Origin: Microgenomates group bacterium
GTDB taxonomy: Bacteria; Patescibacteriota; Microgenomatia; UBA1400; MFAQ01
Direction of reading: 5' to 3'
Length of the DNA: 64,000 nt
Assembly: GCA_049303575.1 (NCBI GenBank)
Contig: JBAQNH010000002.1
Location: forward strand, 380,541-444,540
Position 1 is the first letter of the stretch, and every line of letters starts with the position of its first letter. Below the pieces are notes generated by a model. That model searched no databases and had not been told where the DNA came from. It saw nothing but the letters and a program-made list of their open reading frames with translations. Position numbers and translations under genes: made by a program. Shown one piece after another: positions 48,281 to 58,005 of the stretch.

Positions 48281-49945
48281 ATGAAAAAATCCTTAATCCT
48301 TCTGGGGCTTATTTTCATCACCGGTCTTTTCTTAAGAATTGTTGTTCTCGGCTCTACTCCCTCAGGTTTCACACCAGACGAAGCCAGTCAGGGATACGCT
48401 GCCTACTCTTTACTTCAAACTGGTAAAGATGAATGGGGAATTCCCTGGCCGTTAACCAGTTTCCGTGCTTTCGCCGATTACCGCGCCCCTCTTCAGACAT
48501 ATCTCATGATTCCTTCAGTTGCCGTCTTTGGTCTAAACGAGTTTGCGGTCAGACTACCTTCGGCTATTTTTGGTAGCCTGGCCATTTTACTTTTATATTT
48601 TCTTGCCAAGGCTCTTTTCCCAAAGCAGCCCAAAGTGGCTCTCTTTGCCTCTCTTTTTTTAGCCATTTCTCCGTGGCACCTTCAGTTTTCCCGTATGGCT
48701 CTCGAAGCCAACTACTCTTCTTTCTTCCTCACCGGTGGCCTACTCTTTTTTATTCTCGGTCTCACCAAGCCTAGACTTTTTATTTTGTCGGCTATTTTGT
48801 TTGGCCTGGATCTTTACAGTTATCTTGCCGCTAAGATATTTGTTCCCCTATTTATTCTCGGTTTACTCCTTGTCTACAGAGATAGCTTCCAAAAGATTGC
48901 AATCAAGTATTTATGTCTCTTCCTCGGCCTTCTGGCCCTCTTCGGAGCACCTCTGTATCTCGACTCCTTCTTTGGTCCCGGCAATGTTCGTGGCAAAGAT
49001 CTAATCATCACCAACTTCTCCAAAGAAAATATAAACGAGATTGGCACCATTCAGTATCTTTCTCCTCTCAACAAAATTAACCCTCAAATAAGTAGGCTCT
49101 TTACCAACAAGCTCACTTTTACCATCACTCACTTTTATCAAAACTACCTTAGTTATCTTTCACCTGCTTTTTGGTTTGCCGAAAGCGGTTGGGAAACTAC
49201 CTACGCCATTATTCCGGGCAGAGGATTACTCTACTTCTGGATGATTCCCCTACTTTTTTATGGCATTTACTTCCTTATCAAAAGAAAAGACAAAACCTCG
49301 CTTATTTTTCTTCTCTGGTTGCTACTTGGAATAATTCCCGCCGCTATCACGAAAGAAGGTTATCGTCCGAACAGAGCTGGTTCACTCATGACTCTGTTTG
49401 AGTTAGTATCAGCCTTTGGTTTTGTCGAGTTGCTGCAAAACTTCAGGTTCTTAAACAGAGCTCTCGGTAAAATCATTATTGGTTTCATCGTTCTAATTTC
49501 CTTTGCGTTTTATTTAAACGACTATTTTATTGTCTGGAAAATTAAATATCCCGATGCTATGTCATATGGCTATCGTGAATTGGTTGCCAAAGTAAACCAG
49601 TATCAAAAAGACTACAACAAAGTCGTCATCGATAGGGGAAGCCAGTCTCAAGTATTCTTTGCTTTTTACTCTAAAATGAATCCGGCAGAATATCAAACTT
49701 ACTCCGAAAAATGGTGGCCAATTATTCAAGAAAGAAATCTACTTTTCCTGGACATGATTGATAGCTATACTCTCAAAAATTTTACCTTTAGATCTTTTGA
49801 TGCCTCGGTCGATCTTGTTCCTGGTAATCTGGTAGTTATTCCAGCAGTAAAAATGACTGAGATACTCAAACCAAATATTGTCGATCGGGTAAACTATCCT
49901 GACTATAAACCTGCCTTTTATTTACTTCACTATGTTCAAAAATAA
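48281..49945 (+). CDS. GT-C glycosyltransferase, PMT/ArnT-like paralog 3
   Basis: 'FTPDEASQGYAAYSLLQTGKDEWG'. 554 aa. Confidence 0.65.
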   Translation: MKKSLILLGLIFITGLFLRIVVLGSTPSGFTPDEASQGYAAYSLLQTGKDEWGIPWPLTSFRAFADYRAPLQTYLMIPSVAVFGLNEFAVRLPSAIFGSLAILLLYFLAKALFPKQPKVALFASLFLAISPWHLQFSRMALEANYSSFFLTGGLLFFILGLTKPRLFILSAILFGLDLYSYLAAKIFVPLFILGLLLVYRDSFQKIAIKYLCLFLGLLALFGAPLYLDSFFGPGNVRGKDLIITNFSKENINEIGTIQYLSPLNKINPQISRLFTNKLTFTITHFYQNYLSYLSPAFWFAESGWETTYAIIPGRGLLYFWMIPLLFYGIYFLIKRKDKTSLIFLLWLLLGIIPAAITKEGYRPNRAGSLMTLFELVSAFGFVELLQNFRFLNRALGKIIIGFIVLISFAFYLNDYFIVWKIKYPDAMSYGYRELVAKVNQYQKDYNKVVIDRGSQSQVFFAFYSKMNPAEYQTYSEKWWPIIQERNLLFLDMIDSYTLKNFTFRSFDASVDLVPGNLVVIPAVKMTEILKPNIVDRVNYPDYKPAFYLLHYVQK

Positions 49946-51611
49946 ATCCTTCATCGTCCTACTTCTCCTAACCCTCATTGGAGGTATTCTACGCTTCGCA
50001 TTTTTAGATCAAGCTCCGATTTCTCCCAACTGGGACGAAATCAGTCATGGTTACAACGCTTACTCAATTTTGACCACCGGCAAAGATGAATGGGGTATTA
50101 GTTTCCCCCTTATATTCCGAGCCTTTGGTGACTTCAAACTTCCCGTTTACATTTACCTCACCACCATTCCAGTTGCCATTTTTGGTCTTAGTACATTTGC
50201 CATTCGTTTTATCGGAGCCCTTGCCGGCACCCTCGCCATTCCAGGAATTTTTCTCCTAACCCGTGCCCTTTTCCCCGATAAAGAAATAAAATTAAAAAAA
50301 GTTGTTCTCCCACTTTCATTGATCTCGTCATTTATTCTTGCTTTCATGCCCTGGCATTTTTTCATCTCTCGTCCAGCCTTAGAAGCCAACCTCGCTCTTA
50401 CCTTTATCATTTTTGCGGTCTATTTTCTTCTCAAGGGTTTGGAAAATTCCAAAAATTTCATTCCAGCAGCATTTTTATTCGGTCTTTCCCTACACACCTA
50501 CAACACTGCCCGGGTTTTTGTTCCCACTCTATTACTCGCTTTTGTTTTGGTTTACTGGAAAAAAATAAAACTTAATAAATCGGTTATTTTTTCCTGTATC
50601 CTTATTGGTTTATTCGCTCTTGTTGTTGCCTATCAATTATTTTCTGGTTCCGGTACTGCTCGTTACAGCAAGCTCAATATTATTACCGAATCAACGGCTT
50701 ACACTCTTGGTCAAAAGAGAGTCGAAAGCCAACTCCCTCCCCTTATTGCCAAGTTGGTTTTTAACCGCCCCTTATACTTTGTTGAAACTGTCATCGGTAA
50801 CTACTTCAACTATTTCTCACCCACCTTCTTTAATCAAAGTTGGGGAGCTCAATCCCAATTTGCTATTCCCGGAGTAAATATTGTTGGTCTTCCGGTTCTC
50901 ATCCTTTTCCTCCTCGGACTACTCTACTTCATTCGCCGTCCAGGAGAAAAGTCGCTACAGTTCATTTTTGCCTGGCTCCTCCTTGCCCCTCTAGCTGCCT
51001 CTCTCACTGTCGATCCACCCCAAGCCCTCCGCCCTAATCCCATGATTCCGGCTATTGTTTTATTTGCCGGTTTAGGAGCCATTTTACTTATGGAAAAACT
51101 TTCAGATAGCTTAAAGACCATTGTTTCGCTAATTATTGCTCTCTCCATTCTTCTTAATTTTTCTCTCTATCTAAATAACTACTTCGTCCTCTATCCCAAA
51201 ACCTACTCCGAGTCCTGGCAGTATGGTTATCAAGAGTTGTACCAATATCTAAACAATCAAAAAGATTACCATAAGTTCTTCGTTACCAAACGCTACGGTG
51301 AACCCCATATTTTTTACGCCTTTTATAACAAATTAAAACCAACCATTCTTCAGGATACTTCTCGCTCCAAACGTTTTTACCAGTCCGAGTGGTACTGGAC
51401 GGACAAAATCGATAACTATTATTTTGTCAACGAGTTTGATATTCCCATTACCAAAATAGAGTCCTTAACCTTGGAAAGTGGCGAAGTAGTACCCACCAAA
51501 GACAGTCTTCTGATTACTACCTCGGGACATGTTCCGGTAAATGCCAATGTTTTAAAAACCATTAATTTCCTCGACGGTTCTACCGCCTTTATCATTGCCC
51601 AGATGCCATGA
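49932..51611 (+). CDS. GT-C glycosyltransferase, PMT/ArnT-like paralog 4
   Basis: 'PNWDEISHGYNAYSILTTGKDEWG'. 559 aa. Confidence 0.65.
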   Translation: MFKNKSFIVLLLLTLIGGILRFAFLDQAPISPNWDEISHGYNAYSILTTGKDEWGISFPLIFRAFGDFKLPVYIYLTTIPVAIFGLSTFAIRFIGALAGTLAIPGIFLLTRALFPDKEIKLKKVVLPLSLISSFILAFMPWHFFISRPALEANLALTFIIFAVYFLLKGLENSKNFIPAAFLFGLSLHTYNTARVFVPTLLLAFVLVYWKKIKLNKSVIFSCILIGLFALVVAYQLFSGSGTARYSKLNIITESTAYTLGQKRVESQLPPLIAKLVFNRPLYFVETVIGNYFNYFSPTFFNQSWGAQSQFAIPGVNIVGLPVLILFLLGLLYFIRRPGEKSLQFIFAWLLLAPLAASLTVDPPQALRPNPMIPAIVLFAGLGAILLMEKLSDSLKTIVSLIIALSILLNFSLYLNNYFVLYPKTYSESWQYGYQELYQYLNNQKDYHKFFVTKRYGEPHIFYAFYNKLKPTILQDTSRSKRFYQSEWYWTDKIDNYYFVNEFDIPITKIESLTLESGEVVPTKDSLLITTSGHVPVNANVLKTINFLDGSTAFIIAQMP

Positions 51612-53257
51612 AAAAATACTGGATATTAATTCTGGCTCTCCTTATTGGCTCTTTCTTAAGACTCTATCAGCTAGGTGTTATTCCCAATGCCCTTACCTGG
51701 GACGAAGCAGCTCTAGGTTACAATGCCTTTTCAATTTTGAAAACTGGTAAGGATGAATACGGCACAGTCCTACCCATAATTTTCAAAAGCTTCGGCGATT
51801 TTAAGCCAGGTCTCTATGTTTATCTTGCTGTTCCCTTTGTTGCTATTTTTGGTCTTACCGAGTTTGCGGTCAGACTCCCCGGTGCTCTTTTTGGCATCCT
51901 CGCCATTTTTGGAGTTTTCTTGTTAACCAGAGAAATTTTTTGGGAAGAAAGAAAAGCTCGTCTTATTGCCTCATTTGCTGCTCTTGGTCTTGCCATTATG
52001 CCACTTCATATCCATTTTTCTCGGGGCGCTTGGGAAACCAACGTCTTTTCTACGCTCCTTCTTTTTTCAGTTTATTTTCTAGTCAAATTTGTACATACTG
52101 GACGTTTCTTAAAATGGTCTCTTATTTTTGGTCTGCTCACCTTTGTCACCTATCAAGCCGCCAAGATACTCACGCCCTTGATCATTGGTTTGACCATTCT
52201 CGTTTTCTGGAAAAGTTTTATTACCCATCTAAAAACTCATCTTCGTAAACCGTTAAACTTCGGCTTGGTAAGTTTGGCTGTAGCCATTGTTCTCTATTTG
52301 TTTATTGGATCAACGACGGGTGAAATGGGTAATCGTCTCAAACGACTCAGTATCTTTGGTTATCGTCCTGAAATTACAGAACAAACAAAAAAAATCGACG
52401 ATAATAACAATCTTTCTCTTTCCCTTTTTCATGGTCAGTCTCAGTTAACCACAAGACTAATTGCCGGCCGCTATCTCAAACACCTTTCTCCTAAAGTTCT
52501 TTTTTATGAGGGCACTACTGTTGTTGAAAGGGGACACTTCCCGGGACTTGGTGCTCTCCAGCCATTTGATTTTATTTGGTTAGGTCTAGGTTTTATTTTC
52601 TTGATAAAAATTAAAAATACCAAAGTTATCGCTTTTGTTTTAGGTCTTTTGTTTCTTTCTCCCTTACCTGGCTCACTTACCATTTCGGATTACTCCACCG
52701 TGAGGAGTTTGTTTATGACCATTCCTTTGGCTATACTCCTTGGCCTGGGCTACTCTTATACCTTCACCAAACTTAAATATATTTTTTATCCGCTTCTCGG
52801 ATTAACCATATTAATTTTTGTCTATTTTGTCGACTTACTGTTTATTCACGCCAACTATACCTATGCTCGCGAATTCCAATATGGCTACCGCGAAGCAATA
52901 AAATTCGCTAGCCGTTTTCCGGAAAGCAAAGTCGTTATGACCGATGTCTTTGGTCAACCCTACATCTTTTATCTTTTCTACACCCGTTTTGATCCATCCT
53001 CCTATCAAAAAATCCACAACTTCGAAAGTGGTGGTTTTGATGTCGGTAAGGTCAGTAAATTGGATCGAGTGGAATTCCACCAATTTAGTGTCGGTGAATT
53101 TGCCTCTCAATCAAACACTGTTTTTCTTGGTACTGTAGGCAATGTTCCTGAAGACTATAAATTTGACGCTCCCGAAATCGAAACACATGAAGATGTTTTT
53201 TACCCAGATGGAGAATTCGCCTTTAGATTGATTAAAACCAAAACCAGTGAAAAATAA
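51608..53257 (+). CDS. GT-C glycosyltransferase, PMT/ArnT-like paralog 5
   Basis: 'LTWDEAALGYNAFSILKTGKDEYG'. 549 aa. Confidence 0.65.
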   Translation: MKKYWILILALLIGSFLRLYQLGVIPNALTWDEAALGYNAFSILKTGKDEYGTVLPIIFKSFGDFKPGLYVYLAVPFVAIFGLTEFAVRLPGALFGILAIFGVFLLTREIFWEERKARLIASFAALGLAIMPLHIHFSRGAWETNVFSTLLLFSVYFLVKFVHTGRFLKWSLIFGLLTFVTYQAAKILTPLIIGLTILVFWKSFITHLKTHLRKPLNFGLVSLAVAIVLYLFIGSTTGEMGNRLKRLSIFGYRPEITEQTKKIDDNNNLSLSLFHGQSQLTTRLIAGRYLKHLSPKVLFYEGTTVVERGHFPGLGALQPFDFIWLGLGFIFLIKIKNTKVIAFVLGLLFLSPLPGSLTISDYSTVRSLFMTIPLAILLGLGYSYTFTKLKYIFYPLLGLTILIFVYFVDLLFIHANYTYAREFQYGYREAIKFASRFPESKVVMTDVFGQPYIFYLFYTRFDPSSYQKIHNFESGGFDVGKVSKLDRVEFHQFSVGEFASQSNTVFLGTVGNVPEDYKFDAPEIETHEDVFYPDGEFAFRLIKTKTSEK

Positions 53258-54884
53258 ATTAATTATCATCATTCTCCTCCTCGCTACCATTCTGAGATTG
53301 GTTTTGCTGGACAAATTCCCGGCAGGTTTAAACTCCGATGAAGCCGCTATTGGTTACAACGCTTGGTCTCTACTGGAGACGGAGAAAGATGAGCATGGCG
53401 TGACTTGGCCTTTAGTTTTTCGCTCCTTTGATGACTACAAACCTCCCGTGTATTTTTACCTGGTTCTTCCTTTTATTAAAATCCTAGGATTAAATATCTG
53501 GGCGGTTAGATTACCCTCAGCCCTTCTGGGTATCGCCTCAGTCTACCTTCTCTACCTGCTTGCCAAAAGACTTTTCTCGGAAAAAGAATATCAGTATCTT
53601 CCCGCTCTTTCCGCTTTTTTCCTAGCCATCTCTCCCTGGCATCTCCATTTTTCCCGCGGCGGTTGGGAAGTAAATGCCGCCACTTTCTTTATCCTTCTCA
53701 CTCTTCTCTATCTCCACAAAAGTTTGGAAAATACCAAGTTCCTCTTTGTCTTTGGCCTTAGTGCCGTCCTTTCTCTTTACACCTATCACTCTGCCCGTAT
53801 TATCACCCCACTTCTTATAGCAACTTTTGCTATCGTTTATTTTAATAAAGTAAAGATTTTCTTTGAAAAGAAAAATCTCAAACTTACTCTTACCGCCCTG
53901 GTCTTTTCTGTCATCTTGGCTCTCCCTATTGTTTTTCAACTACTCTCTAAATCCGGTCAGTCACGTTTCTCCGGAGTCTCCATTTTTGCTGATGCTGGTC
54001 CTATCTGGCAGGCGACCAACTACCGAATTGAACACAACTCCACCAATCCCTTAGTTGATGTTTTTCATAATCGATACTTTACTTACGGCCTAAGATTCGT
54101 TCAAAACTATCTTAGTCACTACTCTCCCGATTTTCTTTTTATTGATGGTGACACTATTGCCAGAAGCCGCGTTCCCGAAATGGGGCAGACCTACCTCTAC
54201 CTGTTACCCTTCTTGTTTCTGGGAATTCTTTCCTTGTTAAAGTTTGACTCTGACGGCAAAAAGATAACCCTCGCCTGGTTTTTAATTGCTCCAATTGCCG
54301 CCGCCCTTACCTATCAGTCTCCTCACGCTCTCAGATCTCAAAACATGGTTATTCCCTTGACTCTAATCTCGGCTATTGGTGTTCTTACCTTTTTCCGTTT
54401 CATAAAAAATAATTTAAAAAAATATTTCTCTTTAATTCTTCTGGTTCTGGTTACGGTTCAACTATATAGCTTTGCCCGTTATCTACATATGTACTATGTT
54501 CACTATCCCAAAGAGCTCTCCTATGCTTGGCAGTATGGCTTTGATCAAATTGCAAAATACACTAAAGCAAACTACGACCAGTATGATCACATCATCATTA
54601 CCGATCGTTATGACCAACCATATATTCTGACCGCCTTCTTTACTTTCTACGACCCGGCCGTTCTTCAAACAGAGCTGGTTATGTCCACACCCGATCAATA
54701 TGGTTTTGCCACCGGTAGGAAGTTTGGTAAATACGAGTTTAGATCCATTAAATATGATGAAGACAAAAACCTCCCCAACACCCTCCTTATCTCTTCCGAA
54801 GAAAAAATAGATGACACCAAGGTAATAAACACGGTAAAATCTCCTTCAGGGGAAACCATGTTCAAGTTTATCTCTACCAAATGA
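53247..54884 (+). CDS. GT-C glycosyltransferase, PMT/ArnT-like paralog 6
   Basis: 'LNSDEAAIGYNAWSLLETEKDEHG'. 545 aa. Confidence 0.65.
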   Translation: MKNKLIIIILLLATILRLVLLDKFPAGLNSDEAAIGYNAWSLLETEKDEHGVTWPLVFRSFDDYKPPVYFYLVLPFIKILGLNIWAVRLPSALLGIASVYLLYLLAKRLFSEKEYQYLPALSAFFLAISPWHLHFSRGGWEVNAATFFILLTLLYLHKSLENTKFLFVFGLSAVLSLYTYHSARIITPLLIATFAIVYFNKVKIFFEKKNLKLTLTALVFSVILALPIVFQLLSKSGQSRFSGVSIFADAGPIWQATNYRIEHNSTNPLVDVFHNRYFTYGLRFVQNYLSHYSPDFLFIDGDTIARSRVPEMGQTYLYLLPFLFLGILSLLKFDSDGKKITLAWFLIAPIAAALTYQSPHALRSQNMVIPLTLISAIGVLTFFRFIKNNLKKYFSLILLVLVTVQLYSFARYLHMYYVHYPKELSYAWQYGFDQIAKYTKANYDQYDHIIITDRYDQPYILTAFFTFYDPAVLQTELVMSTPDQYGFATGRKFGKYEFRSIKYDEDKNLPNTLLISSEEKIDDTKVINTVKSPSGETMFKFISTK

Positions 54885-55759
54885 AAAACAAACGTCAAAC
54901 AATCTCCGTCGTTCTGGCAACCTTCAACGAGGAGGCAAACATCAAGGCTTGCTTGGACTCGGTCAAAGACTGGGTCGATGAAATGATCATTGTCGATGAA
55001 CAAAGTACCGACAAAACAAAAGAGATCGCCGAAAAGTTAGGAGCCAAAGTTTACTCAGAACCTCACGAGCAAATCTTTCATATCACCAAAAACAAAGCAA
55101 TAAACAAAGCCAAGTCCGCCTGGATTCTTCAGTTGGATGCCGACGAAAGAATTACTCCCGAAATGAAAAAGGAAATCATCGGCATTCTGGAAGGGGAGTA
55201 CTTCGGCTACGACAGTTGGATCAGTCCGGTAAGAAAATCCATCAATAAAATTGTGAAGATTTTTCCCGAGCCAAACAAACTCGATAAACCTGCCTTTGCC
55301 TACTGGCTTCCTCGCAAGAATTTTTTCCTGACAAGATACTTAAAAAATACTGGTCAGTATCCCGATCCCGTCATCCGTCTATTCCAAAAAGGCAAAGCCA
55401 TTCTTCCTGCCAAAGACGTCCATGAGCAGATGAAAGTGGATGGAGTTGTTGGTTGGCTCAAAACCGATCTCGACCACTACGCCACTCCGGACTTCAGCAG
55501 ATATTTATTAAGAGAAAATCGCTACTCCAGTCTGCAAGCTAGATTTTATAAAGAAGCCGGTCTTAAAGTAAATTTCTTTAGAACAATCAATTTCTTATTC
55601 TTTAAACCACTTGGTACCTTCCTCGATCTCTATATCCGTCGCCGTGGTTTTTTGGATGGTTTCCCCGGATTTGTTTTTTCTCTCTACTCCGGACTTCACC
55701 ATGCCTTTTCCTACATGAAGCTCTGGGAACTGTACAAAAACGAAACCTATGGAAAATAA
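54881..55759 (+). CDS. GT2 glycosyltransferase
   Basis: 'ISVVLATFNEEANIKACL...IIVDEQSTDKTKEIA'. Confidence 0.65.
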   Translation: MKNKRQTISVVLATFNEEANIKACLDSVKDWVDEMIIVDEQSTDKTKEIAEKLGAKVYSEPHEQIFHITKNKAINKAKSAWILQLDADERITPEMKKEIIGILEGEYFGYDSWISPVRKSINKIVKIFPEPNKLDKPAFAYWLPRKNFFLTRYLKNTGQYPDPVIRLFQKGKAILPAKDVHEQMKVDGVVGWLKTDLDHYATPDFSRYLLRENRYSSLQARFYKEAGLKVNFFRTINFLFFKPLGTFLDLYIRRRGFLDGFPGFVFSLYSGLHHAFSYMKLWELYKNETYGK

Positions 55760-56768
55760 AATAAAAGTTTTCCTGGACAGCGGCACTCACTCTCAAGGGA
55801 GAGGTGTCGGCTTCTATGCTGAAAACCTCGCCAAAGGACTAGAGAAACTTTCCGATGTTACTCTTACCGACGCCAACCCCGATCTTATTCACTATCCCTT
55901 CTTTGATCTTTTTTACCCCACTCTTCCCTACAAAAAATTAAAACCAACCATAGTTACTATCCACGACGTCACCCCCTTGGTCATGTCAGACAGATATCCC
56001 AAGGGAATTAAAGGAACAATAAACTTCTTTCGTCAATGGCTCTCCCTTCAGTCTGTCTCGGCCATTATCACCGACTCGGAAAACTCCAAAACAGACATCG
56101 AAAAATATCTCTTTGTTCCCAAAGAAAAAATCTTCGTCACTCCTCTTGCTATCGACCCAGTCTATGGCAAGGAAATCTCGGAAGAAAAGCTCCTAGAAGT
56201 CAAGAAACGACTTAATCTTCCCGATAAATTCATTCTTACTGTCGCAGGTGGTCCAAATCCAAATAAAAATCTTCCCTCCCTTGCTGAGGTCACCGATCGT
56301 CTGGACATTCCCTTGGTTGTTGTCGGCAAAGGCATGCTCCAAGAAGTCAGAGAACCGGTGCATCCTGAGCTTATCGATATGATTCGTTTGAAGGTCTACA
56401 AGCATCTTATTCTCCCCGGCTTCGTTAGTAATGATGATCTAAACGCTCTCTATCGTTTGGCTACCCTGTACGTCCAACCAAGCCTCTATGAAGGTTTTGG
56501 ATTACCCCTCTTAGAAGCTATGACTGCCGGTTGTTTGGTCGCAAGTTCCAACTCCAGTAGTCTTCCCGAGATCTATCATGAGGAAGCCATCACCTTTAAT
56601 CCCCGAAAACTTACCTCAATGGAAAAAGCTATCAAAAAAGCCCTTGCTCTCTCACCAAAAGCAAAACAAAAGCAGATTGAGCTCGCAAAAACTAAAGCCG
56701 CCACCTTCTCTTGGCCCAAGACCGCCAAAGCCACTTTCGAAGTCTACAAGCAAGTAACATGTCGCTAA
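55749..56768 (+). CDS. GT4 glycosyltransferase
   Basis: 'EGFGLPLLEAMTAGCLVASSNSSSLPEI'. Confidence 0.7.
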   Translation: MENKIKVFLDSGTHSQGRGVGFYAENLAKGLEKLSDVTLTDANPDLIHYPFFDLFYPTLPYKKLKPTIVTIHDVTPLVMSDRYPKGIKGTINFFRQWLSLQSVSAIITDSENSKTDIEKYLFVPKEKIFVTPLAIDPVYGKEISEEKLLEVKKRLNLPDKFILTVAGGPNPNKNLPSLAEVTDRLDIPLVVVGKGMLQEVREPVHPELIDMIRLKVYKHLILPGFVSNDDLNALYRLATLYVQPSLYEGFGLPLLEAMTAGCLVASSNSSSLPEIYHEEAITFNPRKLTSMEKAIKKALALSPKAKQKQIELAKTKAATFSWPKTAKATFEVYKQVTCR

Positions 56769-57892
56769 TATCAATTATAAAAAAAGTTGTCGTTTGGCGC
56801 CTCCTGATATTTGCTGTTGCTGTCGCCGCCATGTTTATTCTTCCGGCACGTCCACGTTTCACCAATCTCACTCCTACGGCATCGACAGGGGACCTGCTTA
56901 CTATGTGGTCCAATTTTGACGGCCTGCATTTTCTTTCAATAGCCGAGTATCGTTATGATTACCCGGGGAAAACTGATATGTCTTATGCCTTTTTTCCGGT
57001 ATATCCTTGGCTCATCGGGACACTAAATATCTTTGGTTCCTACATTATTTCTGGTCTCTTTCTTTCCCATCTATTTTTTATAGCCGCCCTTTTCTTCCTT
57101 TACCGTCTAGTTTTACTTGACGAAAAGCCTCGCATCGCCAAGTCCACCATCTTTTTGGTTCTTCTTTTTCCAACTTCAGTTTTCTTTGGTTCTGTCTACA
57201 GCGAGTCTCTATTTCTTCTCCTTGCTGTTCTCAGTTTCTATTTTGTCCGTAAGAAATATTTTCTGCTAGCTTGTCTGGCTGCCATGATTGCTTCAGCGAC
57301 AAGAATTACCGGAATTTTTCTCTGGCCAGCTATCGCCTATGAATTCTGGCTTACTTACGGTAAAAGTCTCAAAAGATCACTTAATCCCAGCGCCATCTGG
57401 CTTGCTCTTCCTCCACTTGGACTTCTCTCCTATATGCGTTTCCAATTGGAAAAAGTCGGTGATCCTCTCTTTTTTGCTCATATTCAGTCTGTCTTTACTG
57501 GTCGCAGCACAGACAAACTAATTCTCGTTCATCAAGTCTTTTATCGCTACTTTAGGATGCTTTTCCTCACTGACCCCGCATCATCTGTTTATTTCACCGT
57601 CGTTTTGGAGTTTCTATCAGCTAGTCTGATTTTAGGTGTCTTAATATTATCTATCAGAAGAATTCGTTTCTCTTACTGGTTTTTTATTCTCCTTTCATTT
57701 GTTTTACCCAGTCTATCAGGCACCTTTATGAGTGTCCCTCGCTACGCTTTAGTTCTCTTCCCCGTGTTTATATTTTTAGCCAAGTTTCTAGATCGTCTAC
57801 ATCCCTTCGTCCGTTATGCCTACTACGTTCTCTGTATCATTCTCTCTATTCTTTCTGTTGCCTTTTTCACCCGCGGCTACTTTATCGGATGA
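56759..57892 (+). CDS. PIG-V/GT76-like mannosyltransferase family membrane protein
   Basis: 'WSNFDGLHFLSIAEYRYDY...AFFPVYPW' resembles the PIG-V family WDxxHY...AFFPLxP block. Multi-TM. Start chosen at the internal ATG. Confidence 0.45.
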   Translation: MSLISIIKKVVVWRLLIFAVAVAAMFILPARPRFTNLTPTASTGDLLTMWSNFDGLHFLSIAEYRYDYPGKTDMSYAFFPVYPWLIGTLNIFGSYIISGLFLSHLFFIAALFFLYRLVLLDEKPRIAKSTIFLVLLFPTSVFFGSVYSESLFLLLAVLSFYFVRKKYFLLACLAAMIASATRITGIFLWPAIAYEFWLTYGKSLKRSLNPSAIWLALPPLGLLSYMRFQLEKVGDPLFFAHIQSVFTGRSTDKLILVHQVFYRYFRMLFLTDPASSVYFTVVLEFLSASLILGVLILSIRRIRFSYWFFILLSFVLPSLSGTFMSVPRYALVLFPVFIFLAKFLDRLHPFVRYAYYVLCIILSILSVAFFTRGYFIG

Positions 57893-57907
57893 TGTAGAAT
57901 ATTTATA

Positions 57908-57996
57908 GCTGTCAAGAGAACCACTAAAAAGGTCGGCAACCGAGCCTCCAAAAGGTCGCGGTGCCAAAATGACAAGCCTCTGTTATTAATTAGAGG
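57908..57996 (+). ncRNA. Candidate SAM-responsive riboswitch (S-box-like motifs) plus SD-sequestering hairpin in the metK leader
   Basis: P1-like helix GCUGUCA/UGACAAGC enclosing AGAGA, GGCAACC and GGUGCCAA. A CCUCU-N10-AGAGG hairpin follows, containing the metK Shine-Dalgarno sequence. Confidence 0.4.
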
Positions 57997-58005
57997 AAAA
58001 ACAAA

